Shown here in pieces: positions 26,063-39,475 of a stretch of DNA of 64,000 nucleotides. How positions within the stretch are numbered: position 1 is the first letter of the stretch; every line of letters starts with the position of its first letter. A program made the translations under genes and the position numbers. The stretch lies in contig NC_043014.1 in NCBI RefSeq assembly GCF_006345805.1, positions 43,524,001 through 43,588,000 of the forward strand, in the 5' to 3' direction. Under the pieces are notes generated by a model. The model had not been told where the DNA came from. It was given only the letters and a program-made list of their open reading frames with translations, and searched no databases. This DNA comes from Octopus sinensis. Taxonomy: Eukaryota.

Positions 26063-26755
26063 GATGCCAAGAAAACTGTAACTCTATTCAGTGATGGATC
26101 ATCCACTTTTTAGTAAGTTAATGAACTGGAGCAATGTAGAATAAAGTGTCCTACGCAAGATTGGTCAAAGTTGTGTCCGATTTCATCCCGTCTCCAATTA
26201 TTTGGCAATAAAATGCAAATGGTGTATGATAAAACACACCTAGCATGAACTAAGTACATTTTATCATACCCTCATCTTTCATCTACATAGTAGATATTAT
26301 ATCTTCCTAGCAGATACAGACCTCATTGTATTGTGAAAGCGTGTACTTCCCATTCACATATGGTTTTGGGTTTAGTCTTCTTCTGTAGTCTTGAATTGGC
26401 CAAAGCCTCATGAATAGGTTTGGTAGATGCAAAATGAAAGCTGTGTGTGTGTGTTTTACAACAACATGACTCTAGGTTCAATTTTACTACAGGGCTCCTC
26501 TCTCCAATTCCTTCTTCTATATCTTTCGGCTCACCTATACTTTGTGGGTAGCATTTGTGTTCGGTGGGTGTCAGCATCATACGAGAGTGTGATGTGTATG
26601 CAGTCTACCGTGAAAATGTGTGGTCATGAGGGAAATTTTAATTTTCTTTGAAATAAGTGGAAGGTTGGTGAGAGAAAGGACATTCAGCCATAGAAAATCT
26701 GCTTCAATGAATTTCATCTGACCCATGCAAGCATGGAAAAGTGGACGTTAGAAAA

Positions 26756-26802
<47 letters not shown>

Positions 26803-27684
26803 AAACAAGTATAAAACAGGGGCCCAGTGTATGTTTTTTTTTGTTGTTGTCTTTTATCTCCTAATTAATATAAGTAATTAATCAAAAACTTAATTTTCTT
26901 TCTATATCAATCCAAGAAGAAATAGTTTCTGTATCTACTGCAAAATGAAGCAAAAAACAAAAACAAAAAAAATCACAGCAAAAAAAAAATCAAAATCAAA
27001 AACAATGTTTGGTTTCATAAAATAATTTATCACAATATTAATTTGATATCTCCTGTTGCTGTTTCCCACGCATGCACTGATTTAATCACACCATTTACCA
27101 TAATTGGCTGATGATTTGTAAATAATTAGTTTAACATTTAACCCTTTGTTTCTTGTAACATAAATAAAAGATCGGGCATTGTAATATTCTTTCAGGTAAA
27201 CAACTTTTTTGTTGTTTTCAAATAATTTAATTATGTAAATTACTTCATAATTAACATAATTCAGTTTCATATATCATATCCTACAAACATTATTTTCTGG
27301 AACATTTAAAAAAATTTCTGCTGTAAATCATTTTTGGTTAAGGAAGTTGGCGCTGGTGTTAAGGAGTTTGGTTTGTAATCATGTTAGGTTCAGTTTCTGG
27401 ACTGGACAAGGGCCATTGTGTCTTTGAATAAAGTACATCATTTCATGTTGCTCTTGTCTAACCAACTGCAATTATCCCCACCCCTCACTCCAGTGGTCAC
27501 ATCCTCTGAGTGATGGATGGAATGTCTGAGAGGTCTCTGTCTGTTATGATTACATAGGCACTTAAATTTGTTAGCAAAACCATTCATATTTCCAAATCAT
27601 ACTTGCATGCATGTACTTCCTGGAACTTTTTTTTATATTTCTGCTGTAAATCATTTTGTGGTGAAGGAAGTTGATGTTGGTGTT

Positions 27685-28062
27685 GCTATTGCTGTTGAGT
27701 GAACGGTCTTCATCCCAGAGCTTGCAAGATGGGAGAAGTCCGAAACGTGGTCCTTTGCTATTTGTAAGACCCGCAGAAGAGAAAGCAGGTCAACCTCCGA
27801 CACTGAGAGCATCGACGGGTGGATGAATGCGCATCCAGGCTCAGCAGTTGCGTAAGACGTCGGGGACAAGAAACAGGAAGAAAGAGTGAGAGAAAGTTGG
27901 GGCGAAAGAGTACAACACGGGTCGCCACCCCCCCTGCCGGAGCCTCGTTGAGCTTTAGGTGTTTTCGCTCAATAAACACACTCAGCACCTAGTCTGGGAA
28001 TTGAAACCGCAATCTTCTGACCGCGAGTCCGCTGCCCTAACCATTGGGCCATTGCGCCTCCA
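27685..28062 (-). mobile_element. SINE group OR, tail type 2
   Basis: Same tRNA head as 3541 and 40393 but a different 3' half. TSD TGATGTTGGTGTT at 27672-27684 and 28064-28076. Confidence 0.85.
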
Positions 28063-28469
28063 CTGATGTTGGTGTTCAAGAGTTTGACTTGTGACCATAA
28101 AGTTGTAGGTTCAGTTTCTGGGCTGGACGAGAACCGGTGTGTCTTTGAACAAGGTACATCATTTCATGTTGCTATCTATCCAGCTGCTGTTAGTCTATTT
28201 CTCTGGTACTGTTGTAACCTTCCCTCTCACCAATGGTCACATCAGTTGGATGATAGATGGAATGGCTGAGATGATATCTGTGTCTGCTAAGACTACACAG
28301 ACACCTAAAGCTGTTAGCAAAACCAAGATTCATATTTCCAAACCATACTTGCTTGCAAGTGATAGGTGGTTGTAATTTAAAAAAAATCTGTTTGTGCTGT
28401 TATTATTAATTGTAGTATAATTATAATGTATCCAAAGTCTAATCAAACTTTTTTCTTATATATTTACAG

Positions 28470-28598
28470 AGAAAAATGGCTTATAATAATATCTACCTTG
28501 GAGTTAAACTATAAGTCTGAGAAATTTTTTGCCTTTGGTAGACTTAAAAAGATAATAATCCAGCAAAGTATGGTAAATAAATCAGCAACTACGTGAAG
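28470..28598 (+). other. Putative spliced exon (129 nt), non-coding or terminal-coding
   Basis: Branch-like CTAAT at ~28439, T-rich tract, TTTACAG| acceptor and AAG|GTAAGA donor, in sequence I do not recognise as a repeat. Confidence 0.45.
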
Positions 28599-29029
28599 GT
28601 AAGAGATGCTTTATTTTACACCTGGATTTTTAAAAATTATTTTCTTGTCTTCTTTTTCTTATTTTATTGCCACCATTCTACTACTAATTTATCACTATGA
28701 TTATTACCTCTGACATGTCCATTGCTGGAATATATTTGTATTCACTCACACACACATTTTGGGTGGGTTTGCAAACTGCACATCTTCATGTGGATGCAAG
28801 CATAGTCCATGGCTCTAGGTTCAATTTCACTATGAGGCACCTTTCTCCAATTTCTTCTTACCTATCTCTCCGCTCACCTGTATTTTGTGGGTAGCATTTG
28901 GTAGCTGGAAACTGTATGGGAAGCCTGTTGTGTATATGTGTTTGTATGTTAGTGCAAGAAAATCTACAGAGTGGCGCTTTACAAACAGAAGCCCTTGAGG
29001 TAATTGTTCTGCATCTGTCCACTTACTTA

Positions 29030-29410
29030 CTTGTACTTGTGATGGCGTTCACCCAGGGTGGGTTGAGCCGGCTTCTTCTCTGGTCCTGACAGCATCATGA
29101 ACCATGGCGGTCCACGCTCAACGGTCCCATGCGAGGTCACTGGAGATAGCGAGCCATTCACAGTTCCATCTTCGTAGACCAACCACCTGTGGACCTGAGA
29201 GTTCGGAGAGGTCCTCCTTTATTGTCGTTGCCCGGGTCTTCAGCTGCCTACCTGTGCGTTTGCGCTAGTTGGGAAGTGGAGGTGGAGGGGGCGGGACATT
29301 GCGAACCAGCTCACCCTCTGGACGCTGGGCTGCATGACCGAACCACCTTAAGTGCCATTGTAGAAGCACTGAAGTAGGGGCTGAAGATGCATCTCTCCAC
29401 ATCTGAGGCT
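29030..29410 (-). pseudogene. RTE-clade LINE ORF2 C-terminus and tail
   Basis: Translates LRWFGHAAQRPEGELVR, RKRTGRQLKT and DLAWDR*AW. The LRWFGH motif is typical of RTE. Tail CAAGTACAAGTAAGTAAG. Confidence 0.8.
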
Positions 29411-30225
29411 CGGTTGCTTCATCTATCCTCTCCTTGCCATACTAGTTATTGTTGCATATCCAGTGGATCATGCTCATCTCATTCTTCTTGGTTCTATCTG
29501 GTCTTTTGTATGTATAACCACATCTCACTATCATGCGACATTATTACATCTGTCAGTTTTTCAATCAAAGTTATATTCATAGGCATGGCTGTGTGGTAAG
29601 GAGTTTGCTTCCCAACCACATGGTTCTGGGTTCAGTCCCACTGCATTGCACTTTGGGCAAGTGTCTTCTACCATAGCCTTGAGCCAACTAAGTCTTTGGT
29701 AAGTGGATATGGTAGTTGGCTGCATCACAGATTTCTAAAAATCTGCATTAATTCATACACATACAAAATAAATGGACCAGATTAGAAAATATTCATGGTT
29801 ATGACACCACTCCTCTTTTTTTTGCCTGAAACAGCTGTAAAGATAAGATTTGATTACATCATTCATTTATTTCTTTGTACATGCAACTTTCATTGTAAAC
29901 ACATTCCTTATGTCTACATTTATGTGCCCTTTTCACATATATGTATGTGTGTGTGTATACATATATATATATATATATACGTGTATATATATGTATGTAT
30001 TATTATATATATATATATATATAAATACACACACATACATATATAAAGTTCAAATTTACAGAAAAAAAAAAGACGAAGACAGGTGTATGAGTTTAATCAT
30101 CATCATCATCATCTCATGTCCATTGTATATCCAGGTTTCTGTGCCCAATAGATATTTGTATTTTTTTATATTTTAATTATTTCTGTGGGAGCTTTTCGAA
30201 TGTAACACCCACGATAGTCAAGGAA

Positions 30226-30276
<51 letters not shown>

Positions 30277-30279
<3 letters not shown>

Positions 30280-30570
30280 GAAATACCAAAAATGGGACAA
30301 GAATACAAAACATCCAGACAGATGATATGAAAAAGGGACAACAAAGCATCCAGACAGACGATATAAAAAAAACAAGGATGGGTCATTCAGAGTTTTCTTT
30401 CTTCAGTCGAGTTCCCGATTATCTTTGCAATTTCGGTTGGTTATACTTGAGATTGCTTTGATCTGGCTAACCCCAAGGAAAAACTAGGCTAAGAGCACTA
30501 GATTCCTTGGAAGAAAGCAGCGAATTTATATGAAAACAAGGACGGGAAAAATGGGAAATGGTATAGGTAT
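30277..30570. mobile_element. Short element beside (TA)n, possibly derived from a Penelope-like terminus
   Basis: Abuts (TA)n and contains rc CTGAAGAAAGAAAACTCTGAA. Family assignment is from memory only. Confidence 0.35.
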
Positions 30571-30573
30571 CTA

Positions 30574-31172
30574 TGAGGTAGTGCTGAAAAATTCCTGGTT
30601 TTGGGTAAAAGAAAATACAGGAGAATCAGTTAATTATGATTTTATTCCAACATTGGCTTTGTGGTAAGTAGCTTGCTTACCAACCACATAGTTCCGGGTT
30701 CAGTCCCATTGAGTGGCACCTTGGGCAAGTGTCTTCTACTATAGCCTCGGGCCGACCAAAGCCTTGTGAGTGGATTTGGTCGACGGAAACTGAAAGAAGC
30801 CCGTCGTATATATATATATATATATATATTGTGTGTGCGTGTACGTTTGTGTGTCTGTGTTTGTCCCCCTAGCATTGTTTGACAACCGATGCTGGTGTGT
30901 TTATGTCCCCGTCACTTAGCGGTTCGGCAAAAGAGACCGATAGAATAAGTACCGGGCTTACAAAGAAAAAGTCCCGGGGTCGAGTTGCTCGACTAAAGGT
31001 GGTGCTCCAGCATGGCTGCAGTCAAATGACTGAAACAAGTAAAAGAGTAAAAGAGTAAAGAGTCTCAGATTCACACACTTACTGCAGTTTTTTTCTAAAT
31101 CATGTAAACGAACTCAGAACGTTGGGCCTTCAACCAAACCTTTCACAATAACCTTACAGCACCACCTGCTTG
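30574..31172. mobile_element. Mariner-derived MITE interrupted by a group A SINE
   Basis: TA|TGAGGTAGTGCTG ... CAGCACCACCT..|TA. The rc of the junction-spanning sequence gives KCVNLR...E*, resembling the mariner transposase C-terminus. Confidence 0.65.
30654..31063 (+). mobile_element. SINE group A
   Basis: Consensus body and (AAAAGAGT)n tail. Confidence 0.9.
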
Positions 31173-31665
31173 TATATGTTGCAAACCCCGTATCAAAGCT
31201 CAAACCTTGTATCCTTCATTTGTCTCAATCTGGTGCTTGTGTTATCTAATACCAGCTATAGAGCAATGAGTTACAAAATAGAGAATATCTTTAAAAAAGC
31301 TAAAATAAAAACTGATAGAAGAAGTTGGGGGGAAAACCTTTTAACATACTTCCTTTAAAATAAAGAATAACCTATTTAAATGAGTGTTTGTAATATGTTC
31401 CATTACTCTTTGAGATAATATGAGAGTGTTGTGTTACTATTGGATTTCTCTGAAAGCCATGTCTACAGTCTAAAAGATAACACTTCACAAGACAAATCAA
31501 ATCAGAAAAATTTCTCTAAAATATAAAGTACGTTTTCTTGCAACTGGTACTGTTAAGCATGTGGATTTTCCTCTTTTTAACTTTTTTTTAAAGGAAATTT
31601 TAATTCTAAAGAATCTATCTATCTATGGCTGTCTGTCTGTCTCTCTCCCTCACTCTCTCTCTCTC

Positions 31666-31697
<32 letters not shown>

Positions 31698-31701
<4 letters not shown>

Positions 31702-31847
31702 CGTTAGGAAGGGCATCCAGCCGTAGAAACACTGCCAGATTTGACTGGGCCTGATGAAGCCTTCTGGCTTCACAGACCCCAGTAGAACCGTCCAACCCAT
31801 GCTAGCATGGAAAACGGACGCTAAACGACGATGATGATGATGATGAT
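31698..31847 (+). mobile_element. Short RTE LINE 3' end inserted in (TA)n
   Basis: Conserved terminus and (GAT)n, flanked by (TA)n on both sides. Confidence 0.8.
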
Positions 31848-31868
31848 ATATATATATATATATATATA

Positions 31869-32045
31869 TAAGAGGGATGACATGTTATTGGACATCCATT
31901 ATGCTAGAAGAAGATCCACTATGGTCTTACCACTAAGAAAGGAATGTTCTCAAGAAAATTTAGCAAACGCCAGAATGTAAACGTTCGACCATAGCGGATC
32001 TTCTTCTAGCATAATGGATGTCCACTTACAGGTCATCCTTCTTAT
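31869..32045. mobile_element. Hairpin element with ~58-bp inverted arms in (TA)n
   Basis: GGACATCCATTATGCTAGAAGAAGATCCACTATGGTC is mirrored by GACCATAGCGGATCTTCTTCTAGCATAATGGATGTCC. Confidence 0.8.
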
Positions 32046-32175
32046 ATGTATGTAATATAATTTTTTCTGAAACTTCAGATTTTTCAATATGCTAGACCAC
32101 TGGTTTTAAATTGATATTAATCAAATTAATAATTCAATTTTTCACCCTTATTATTTTAAATTATATATATATATA

Positions 32176-32352
32176 TTGTATTTTGGAATGGTCATTTTGC
32201 CAGTTTAGCCAATTAAAACACACGCACTATATATTTGGTGTTACTTTGCTTCAGTGTTATTTATTTTTTACATTAATCTTAATCTTATTTCGGCCAGAGT
32301 CCTTTCGAGACACTCCTGGCTAAACTGGCAAAATGACCATTCCGAAATACAA
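32176..32352. mobile_element. Hairpin element with 36-bp inverted arms
   Basis: TTGTATTTTGGAATGGTCATTTTGCCAGTTTAGCCA / TGGCTAAACTGGCAAAATGACCATTCCGAAATACAA. Confidence 0.8.
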
Positions 32353-32413
32353 CAATGTCTGTTTCAACAAACGACTTCACATAAAAAATCTTGCACAACA
32401 AATATATATATAT

Positions 32414-32456
<43 letters not shown>

Positions 32457-32607
32457 TGGTTGTCTACTCCTTATGCGGAGTCTGACCACCTCCTGTACCT
32501 ACACCATAGATCCATCATGGCATCTGAGGTGGATTTTTAAACAAGACAATGATTTGAAAAGGTCGCACATAGATTGCATATCTGATTTGCACCAGTAAGA
32601 GCTGCAG

Positions 32608-33214
32608 TTAAGTTCTGATCTTTGTGGATCTTAAAATGTCTTTTGAGGCCTCTGTTTGCTTTTGAAAGTAGTGGTTTTCTGATTGCAGTCTTCCGTGAAA
32701 TTCAACTTTGTACAGCTCCCAGCAAACAGTTTTTGTGGAAACTGGGTTCTTGAGGTGGTCATCTAGCTCTGCAGTAATTTTTGGAGCTGTACTTTTGTGA
32801 TCCTTTCTAACAACTTGCATAAGAGTCCGACAGCCCCTATCTGAAAGTTTTGGTTTTTTTCTGAAATTTTGTTTCGACCAGGAGGTTTTTTTCCTCTTTC
32901 TCAAAGACTGTCATTACTTTCAAGACAGAACCTCTTGATACACCAAACATTTTGGCTGTTGTCGTTATGCTAGCACCTGCCTTATGAGTACCAATGATTT
33001 GACCTCTTTGAAAGTCCGATAGATCTGTCATTTTAATGAATTTTAATTACCTTTTTCTGATGATATCTGAAAAGAAACAGCAATTTTAGCAAAACATATT
33101 AAGCAACACTAATGATAAATAAAAAAAAACATAAAAATAAATAAGCTTTTGACAGTTTTATAGATATTTCAAAATTATGATACTAAGTGTTTCCATTATT
33201 TTGACCAACCTGTG
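32608..33214 (-). pseudogene. Tc1-family transposon 5' portion: TIR and frameshifted transposase N-terminus
   Basis: MTDLSDFQRGQIIG..KAGAS.T.TAKMFGVSRG (HTH), then RKDHKSTAPKITAEL...PVSTKTV and KPLLSKAN. TIR-like TA|CACAGGTTGGTCAAAATAATGGAAACACT. No second TIR seen. Confidence 0.85.
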
Positions 33215-33689
33215 TATTTATATATAATACTGAAATGACTCTCTTACTGCTCAGAGTTTCCGGAGTGTTGCTAATCATGTAATTGATTTCTGTTTATTCA
33301 CAGTAGTTATAGCAAACTTAAAGGTTATGGTGGTGGTGGTGGGGGGGGGGGGGGTAAGTTATTGAAGTAAAAACATTAAAAAAAAAAATCGAAAAAAAAA
33401 AGTTATGCGTAAGAGAGTTAAATCAAAAAGCGTATGGGTGTGTATGTTCATGTACATACTTTGCAAGTGCACGCGTATATGCAAGTCCACAAGCATATTC
33501 ACTCAAGTGCATATATAGAGTATGCTATTGACAAACATACATATCCGAGACAAACATTGATAATAACGATTATTTGTTTCTTGCGGTCTACCTCCTGTAA
33601 TTCAAACAAATTTCGTCAATCTATCTGTTTGTCCACAAAGACACACATATATCTTTATCTACATGCATGTATGAATTCATGTGTGCATA

Positions 33690-33697
33690 ATATACAT

Positions 33698-33758
<61 letters not shown>

Positions 33759-33776
33759 GATATATATATATGCAGT

Positions 33777-33808
<32 letters not shown>

Positions 33809-33821
33809 GATATATATGCAG

Positions 33822-33854
<33 letters not shown>

Positions 33855-33864
33855 ATATGCGCAC

Positions 33865-33899
<35 letters not shown>

Positions 33900-33939
33900 T
33901 ATATATGCATATATATATATATATATATACAGATATATA

Positions 33940-34007
<68 letters not shown>

Positions 34008-34110
34008 TATATATGCAGATTATATATATATATATAATATATATATATATAGATATATATATATACATATATACACATATATATATTTATATGCAGATAT
34101 ATATATGCAC
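33690..34110. repeat. Interrupted (TA)n microsatellite with GCAGA/CAGA spacers
   Basis: Directly visible. Confidence 0.95.
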
Positions 34111-34779
34111 ATATGTAGATACATTTGCACATACTTTTGTCTTTGTATTTAGTTGTGAATTTGTGTGTGTATGTCTATGTTTTTAACCAGCTTCCTGTCT
34201 ATTATACTTGTGTATGTATACACATATATCCATATGTATTTAATGAAAAAAAAAGCTAATGAAACAATAGTGAAAAAAATTGCAATCGAACTATATGATG
34301 TATAAAGATAAATATATTTAAAAAAATATTTATATAATAATGTGCACAGTGTCTATAATGTATGTATAATGTATGTATATATATGTATATGGTAGATATA
34401 TTCAGTAATAAGAGAGATACATGTATTGACTAAATGATACACATAAAATGTAAATAAAATCAAAAAAATATATGTAATATGATATAGATCTTTGAAAAAA
34501 AAAATGATGAAAAGAAAATGCAATAAAATATAAAAAATGAAATTAATAAAAGATATTATGTTGGCAAATGTAAATGATGATTTTATTAGATTTAATTTGT
34601 AATTTGTAACAGGTTTTGTGAAAATATTTCTGTGAAATGTTGATGCAAAAATTTTTCTTGTGAAACATCGTTTTCTTCTGTTGGTTTTATGGGGGTGGGT
34701 CATCTTTACTTTGTTATCTCCCCTACTTTCCCTCTCGTGTGTGACCCTTCTGTCCGAGTCAGTCGCCATGATAGATCGT

Positions 34780-34975
34780 TAGCCACTACACGCATTTTTT
34801 TCGCTCCTTGTTTCTCTCCTTGTTTTTTTTTCTGTGTCCCTTTCTGTAGAAGAGCATAGGCTCGAAACATAAAAGACTTTTTCTATTCCTGAGCGTTATA
34901 CTAATACATCTGTTTGTTTTGTTCACCACCTGTCTTCGTCTCTTGTTTTTTTGTAAACTCTCCCTATATATATAT
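34780..34975. mobile_element. Short element beside (TA)n, possibly derived from a Penelope-like terminus
   Basis: Contains GAAGAGCATAGGCTCGAAAC (stem GAGC/GCTC followed by GAAAC) and ends in (TA)n. Confidence 0.4.
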
Positions 34976-35261
34976 ATATTCATGGTTTTAGCTTGACCAC
35001 CGCTGGAATTGCCTCAAGAGGCTCTGATCTTTGTCTTAGCACTGAAACCAATTCTGACTATATATAGGATCCATTCTTAGGATGTATAATTTCTCTGCTT
35101 GGCAGAGTTGATATCCATTAAGACCTGTTTGTGTATGGGGTGACATTTCATTGACAGACCTGTCTAGTTTAATATTTTGGGGTTTTTATGTCTTTAACCC
35201 TTGAGTGTTCAGATTACTTTATCAAATTCAAATTGTTTAGGATTAATCATGTATTACCTTG

Positions 35262-35582
35262 TAACTTATTTAATCGACACTGAAAGGATGAAAGGCTAAG
35301 TTGACCTCGGCAGAATTTGAACTCAGAACGTAGTGGCAAACGAATTACCTATTTCTTTACTACCCACAAGGGGCTAAACACAGAGAGGACAACCAAGAAC
35401 AGACAAACGGATTAAGTCGATTATATCGACCCCAGTGCGTAACTGGTACTTATTTAATCAACCCCAAAAGGATGAAAGGCAAAGTCAACCTCGGCGGAAT
35501 TTGAACTAAGAATGTAGCGGCAGACGAAATACCACTAAGCATTTCACCCGGCGTGCTAACGTTTCTGCCAGCTTGCCGCCTT
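35262..35582 (-). mobile_element. SINE group B, head plus ~1.5 units
   Basis: Full unit from 35348 plus a partial unit to its left. Confidence 0.85.
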
Positions 35583-36897
35583 AAACATACATACATACAT
35601 ACATACGGATGTATACATATCTATTGACATCTCAAATAAATTAACTGGTGATGTTGGCAAATATTTAATAGTAAAGTTAATTATATATTTTAATGAGATT
35701 TATGTCTGGTGATGTTATATGATCCAGTTTAGCTGTGTGGTCAAGAAGCTCACTTTGCAATGACATGGTTTCAGGTTCAGTCCTACTGCATGGCAAGTGT
35801 CTTCTATTAAAACCTCAGGGCAACCAATGTCTTGTGAATGAATTCAGTAGTGGAAACTGTGTAGAAGCCTGTTCTCTGTGTGTGTGTGTGTTTAGTTCCC
35901 TGCTTGGTAGCTGATGTTGGTTTGTTTATGTCCCCATAATCTAGCAGTTCAACAAAAGCGATTGATAAAATAAGCACCAGACTTGAAAACGAAAATCCTG
36001 GTTTCAATTTGTTTGACTTAACCCTTTATAGCAGTGCACCAGCATGGCCACATTCAATGACAGAAGCAAGTAAAAAAAAAAGTTAATAAATGAAAAGAAT
36101 TATAAAAAGAAGGTAAGTTAAAGAAGTGACAATTAGTATTATCTTTACATAAAACCTTCAGTGGCTTAAATTGATTTTATCATTTAAGGGTTGTAGGCTA
36201 GGGTCTGAAGGAAAAATTTGAGTTGGGGTAGGATTTCAAAGGGACACCATTCAGGTGAGCCAGGATTAGGGAAGCTGTTAGCATTGGGTTTTGAGATTTG
36301 AGATAATAATGGCAACAGAAAGTGTTTGGAAATGTGTGTAGGAGGGCAGAATATGCTGCTCAAGGGAGAAGAAGCTGTCGTAATGATAGATGGAGTAATG
36401 TAGTGTTTGGTGGTGGGGGGTATATTTGTAAGCTGGTGGTTGGAACTAGTTGTTGATGGAATCTTTTACCATTCAATCAAATGGGTTTTATTTTCTCTTT
36501 TTGTTTTGCACCTTCTTTTGGGTTTGGGTTTAGACTACTACATACTGACATTCTATGGAAACCAGGAATTTTGCAAGTGTTATTCTTCTATGATGAAACT
36601 ATTTTGACATTGTAAGACCAAGCGTGAAAAGACAAAAATGAAAGAAAATAAAGGGCGCTGGGGGTGGGTAGTTGGAGGGGACGGACAGTATGAGTTGCAC
36701 TGACCACCGTCTTGAGATATGTCATTCAATGCCATCACCACCACCACCATCTTTGTTTTCAGTCGATTTGAGTCCTGTTGTGGCATCAGTCTCGTGATTA
36801 CTGATATAAATATATCTACACACACACATCCATCCATCCATCTATCCATCTACCTACCCATCTATCTATCTATCTGTTTACTCATCCACCTACCCAT

Positions 36898-37118
36898 GGC
36901 GAGCTGGCAGAATCGTTAGCACGCCAGCCGAAATGCTTAGCAGTATTTCGTCTGCCACTACGTTCTGAGTTCAAATTCTGCCGAGGTCGACTTTGCCCTT
37001 CATCCTTTCGGGGTCGATTAAATAAGTACCAGTTATGCACTGGCGTCAATATAATCCACTTAATCCGTTTGTCCTTGTTTGTCCTCTCTATGTTTAGCCC
37101 CTTGTGGGCAATAAAGAA

Positions 37119-37120
<2 letters not shown>
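36898..37120 (+). mobile_element. SINE group B monomer inserted in (CTAT)n
   Basis: Head plus one unit ending AAAGAAAT. Confidence 0.85.
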
Positions 37121-37159
<39 letters not shown>

Positions 37160-38141
37160 CCTACCTACTCACCTACCCATCTATCTATCTATCTAATCTA
37201 TCTCTATCCTGCCTTCCTTCCATCCTTCCTTCCTCAACACCCAACCACCCCTCAGTAATGCTTGTCTTCATTCACAACCCATCTGATATTGCTCTGGGTT
37301 TTATAGCAAATGGATCAAATAGCTGTTTAATACTGAGGTATTTGTTGTTTAGCTGTGATCAAGGACATTCTGGCCATGACCTTTCTGATTTTTTTTGATT
37401 TTTGATTTTTTTAACTCTTGATATGTAACATTGTGTATTCTGGACCACATTATCCACTACATCCTTTCTTCAAGATGTAGTTTCAGGAGGAACCGGCTGT
37501 TATTTCCAGAAAATCGACTGACCATTTAGAATTTCCATTATTAGTCAAAAGTTTATATTTACACCCCCCCCACACACACACATACGCATGCGCGCACGCA
37601 CGCACACACTTCCATAGGTGCAGGGCTAGCTGTATGATTAAAGAAATTTGTGTTGCAACCTCTTGGTTCTGAGTTCAGTTCCACTGTACAGTGTTTTGAA
37701 TATCTTGTACTGTGACTTCCTGTCAACCAGTTTTGTGTGTGGAATTTCGTTGCGGAAATTGTAGAAACCTGTCGTATATGTGTTTGAATTTGTTTTTTTC
37801 TTTTGTGTTTGTCAATGCAAACCGGTGTGTCTGTCATTGCATGCCTTTAATGTCAAAGAGTGACTTTGGTAATTTGATTATTAATAGTGATTTTTAGAAA
37901 ATAGGGTAGAGCCAGGGAAGGACAGAAAATAGCTAGACGTAAGTTAAATCGTCATTGGTCATGAGACTGTACCGTATCAGAAGGTCTCCATATGAATTCA
38001 GTTGTCATCATCATCACCGTCGTCGTCGTCTTCTTCTTCTTCTTCTTCTTCTTCTTCTTCTTCTTTTTCTTCCTTCTTCTTCCATCTTCTTCTTCTTCTT
38101 CTTCCCCCTCCTCCTCCTCCTGCCCCTGCTCCTCCTCTGTC

Positions 38142-38174
<33 letters not shown>

Positions 38175-38873
38175 GTCTGTCTCCCTCTGTCTGTCTGTCT
38201 CTCTCTCTGTCTGTTTCTGTCTTTCTCTCACACACACACACATACACACATACAGAGTGAGACACAGACAAACAGACTGACCATGTGCATTGCATTCGAT
38301 GAGCTACTTACCCATTCATACACAAGTATACGCACACCATGTGTGCAAGACGATGTGCAAGACAGAGAAAAAGAGAAGTTTTAGGAGAGGAAATAGAGGA
38401 AGAAAGAAACATGAAAGGAAGGGAACAAAGATGATTATAGGAGAGTAAGGCCAGTGGCCTGTTTTATATAAATAACAAACCAGTTAAAGGGCAGTTCTGG
38501 CCCCTTGCCACAACTGATAAGGTATCAAGGCAACTACTAGATTTGTTGTTCTTTTGCTCTGGCTTATCTTGAATGATAAATATTTTTCCTTTACATACGT
38601 ATTTTTGTTACTCTTTTATATTTTGTTTTTAAATCTTCTTTTTTTTGTTTGTTTTAAAATTCATTTTGCGATTATCACCATTGGCTATAGTGATTTAGTT
38701 GTTGTTGTTGTTTAACCCTGGGTCAACTTTGATTGAGTATGGCCTCTACAATCAAAGGAAATCCTGTCATGACCATTCAGTTCTTTGTTTTTTTTTTCCC
38801 ACCCTTTTTTTTTTCTTCTTAGAAATATAGATACAGTTATGGCTGTATGGTTAAATAGCTTGCTTTGCAAATA

Positions 38874-39475
38874 TCTATTTCTTTACTACCCACAAGGGGC
38901 TAAACACAGAGGGGACAAACGTGGACAGACAAACGGATTAAGTCGATTTCATCGACCCCAGTGCGTAACTGGTACTTAATTCATCGACCCCGAAAGGATG
39001 AAAGGCAAAGTCAACCTCGGCGGAATTTGAACTCAGAATGTAGTGGCAGATGAAATACTTATTTCTTTACTACCCACAAGGGGCTAAATACAGAGGGGAC
39101 AAACAAGGACAGACAAACGGATTAAGTCGATTACATCGACCCAAGTGCGTAACTGGTACTTCATTTATCGACCCCGAAAGGATGAAAGGCAAAGTCGACC
39201 TCGGCGGAATTTGAACTCAGAACGTAGTGGCAGATGAAATACTTATTTCTTTACTACCCACAAGGGGCTAAATACAGAGGGGACAAACAAGGACAGACAA
39301 ACGGATTAAGTCGATTACATCGACCCAAGTGCGTAACTGGTACTTAATTTATCGACCCCGAAAGGATGAAAGCAAAGTCGACCTCGGCGGAATTTGAACT
39401 CAGAACGTAACGGCAGACGAAATACGGCTATGCAATTCGCCTGGCGTGCTAACGTTTCTGCCAGCTCACCGCCTT
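38874..39475 (-). mobile_element. SINE group B, head plus 3 x 184-bp units, nested in an old group A SINE
   Basis: Units at 38874, 39058 and 39242. TSD CTTGCTTTGCAAATAT(CT) at 38859-38876 and 39478-39495. Confidence 0.9.

Noticed and set aside
31083-31255. Minus-strand exon candidate with a GTAAGT donor
   Set aside because: The donor lies inside the mariner-derived MITE and all frames contain stops.
33304-33354. Mini-exon candidate with CAG acceptor and GGG|GTAAGT donor
   Set aside because: The body is mostly a GGT/G homopolymer run, so chance signals are likely.
33434-34186. Long ORFs (250 aa here; 272-334 aa at 51261-52453; 205 aa at 7899-8516; 175 aa at 16822-17349)
   Set aside because: They are translations of TA/TG/CT microsatellites (YIYI, SLSL, VCVC) with no domain content.
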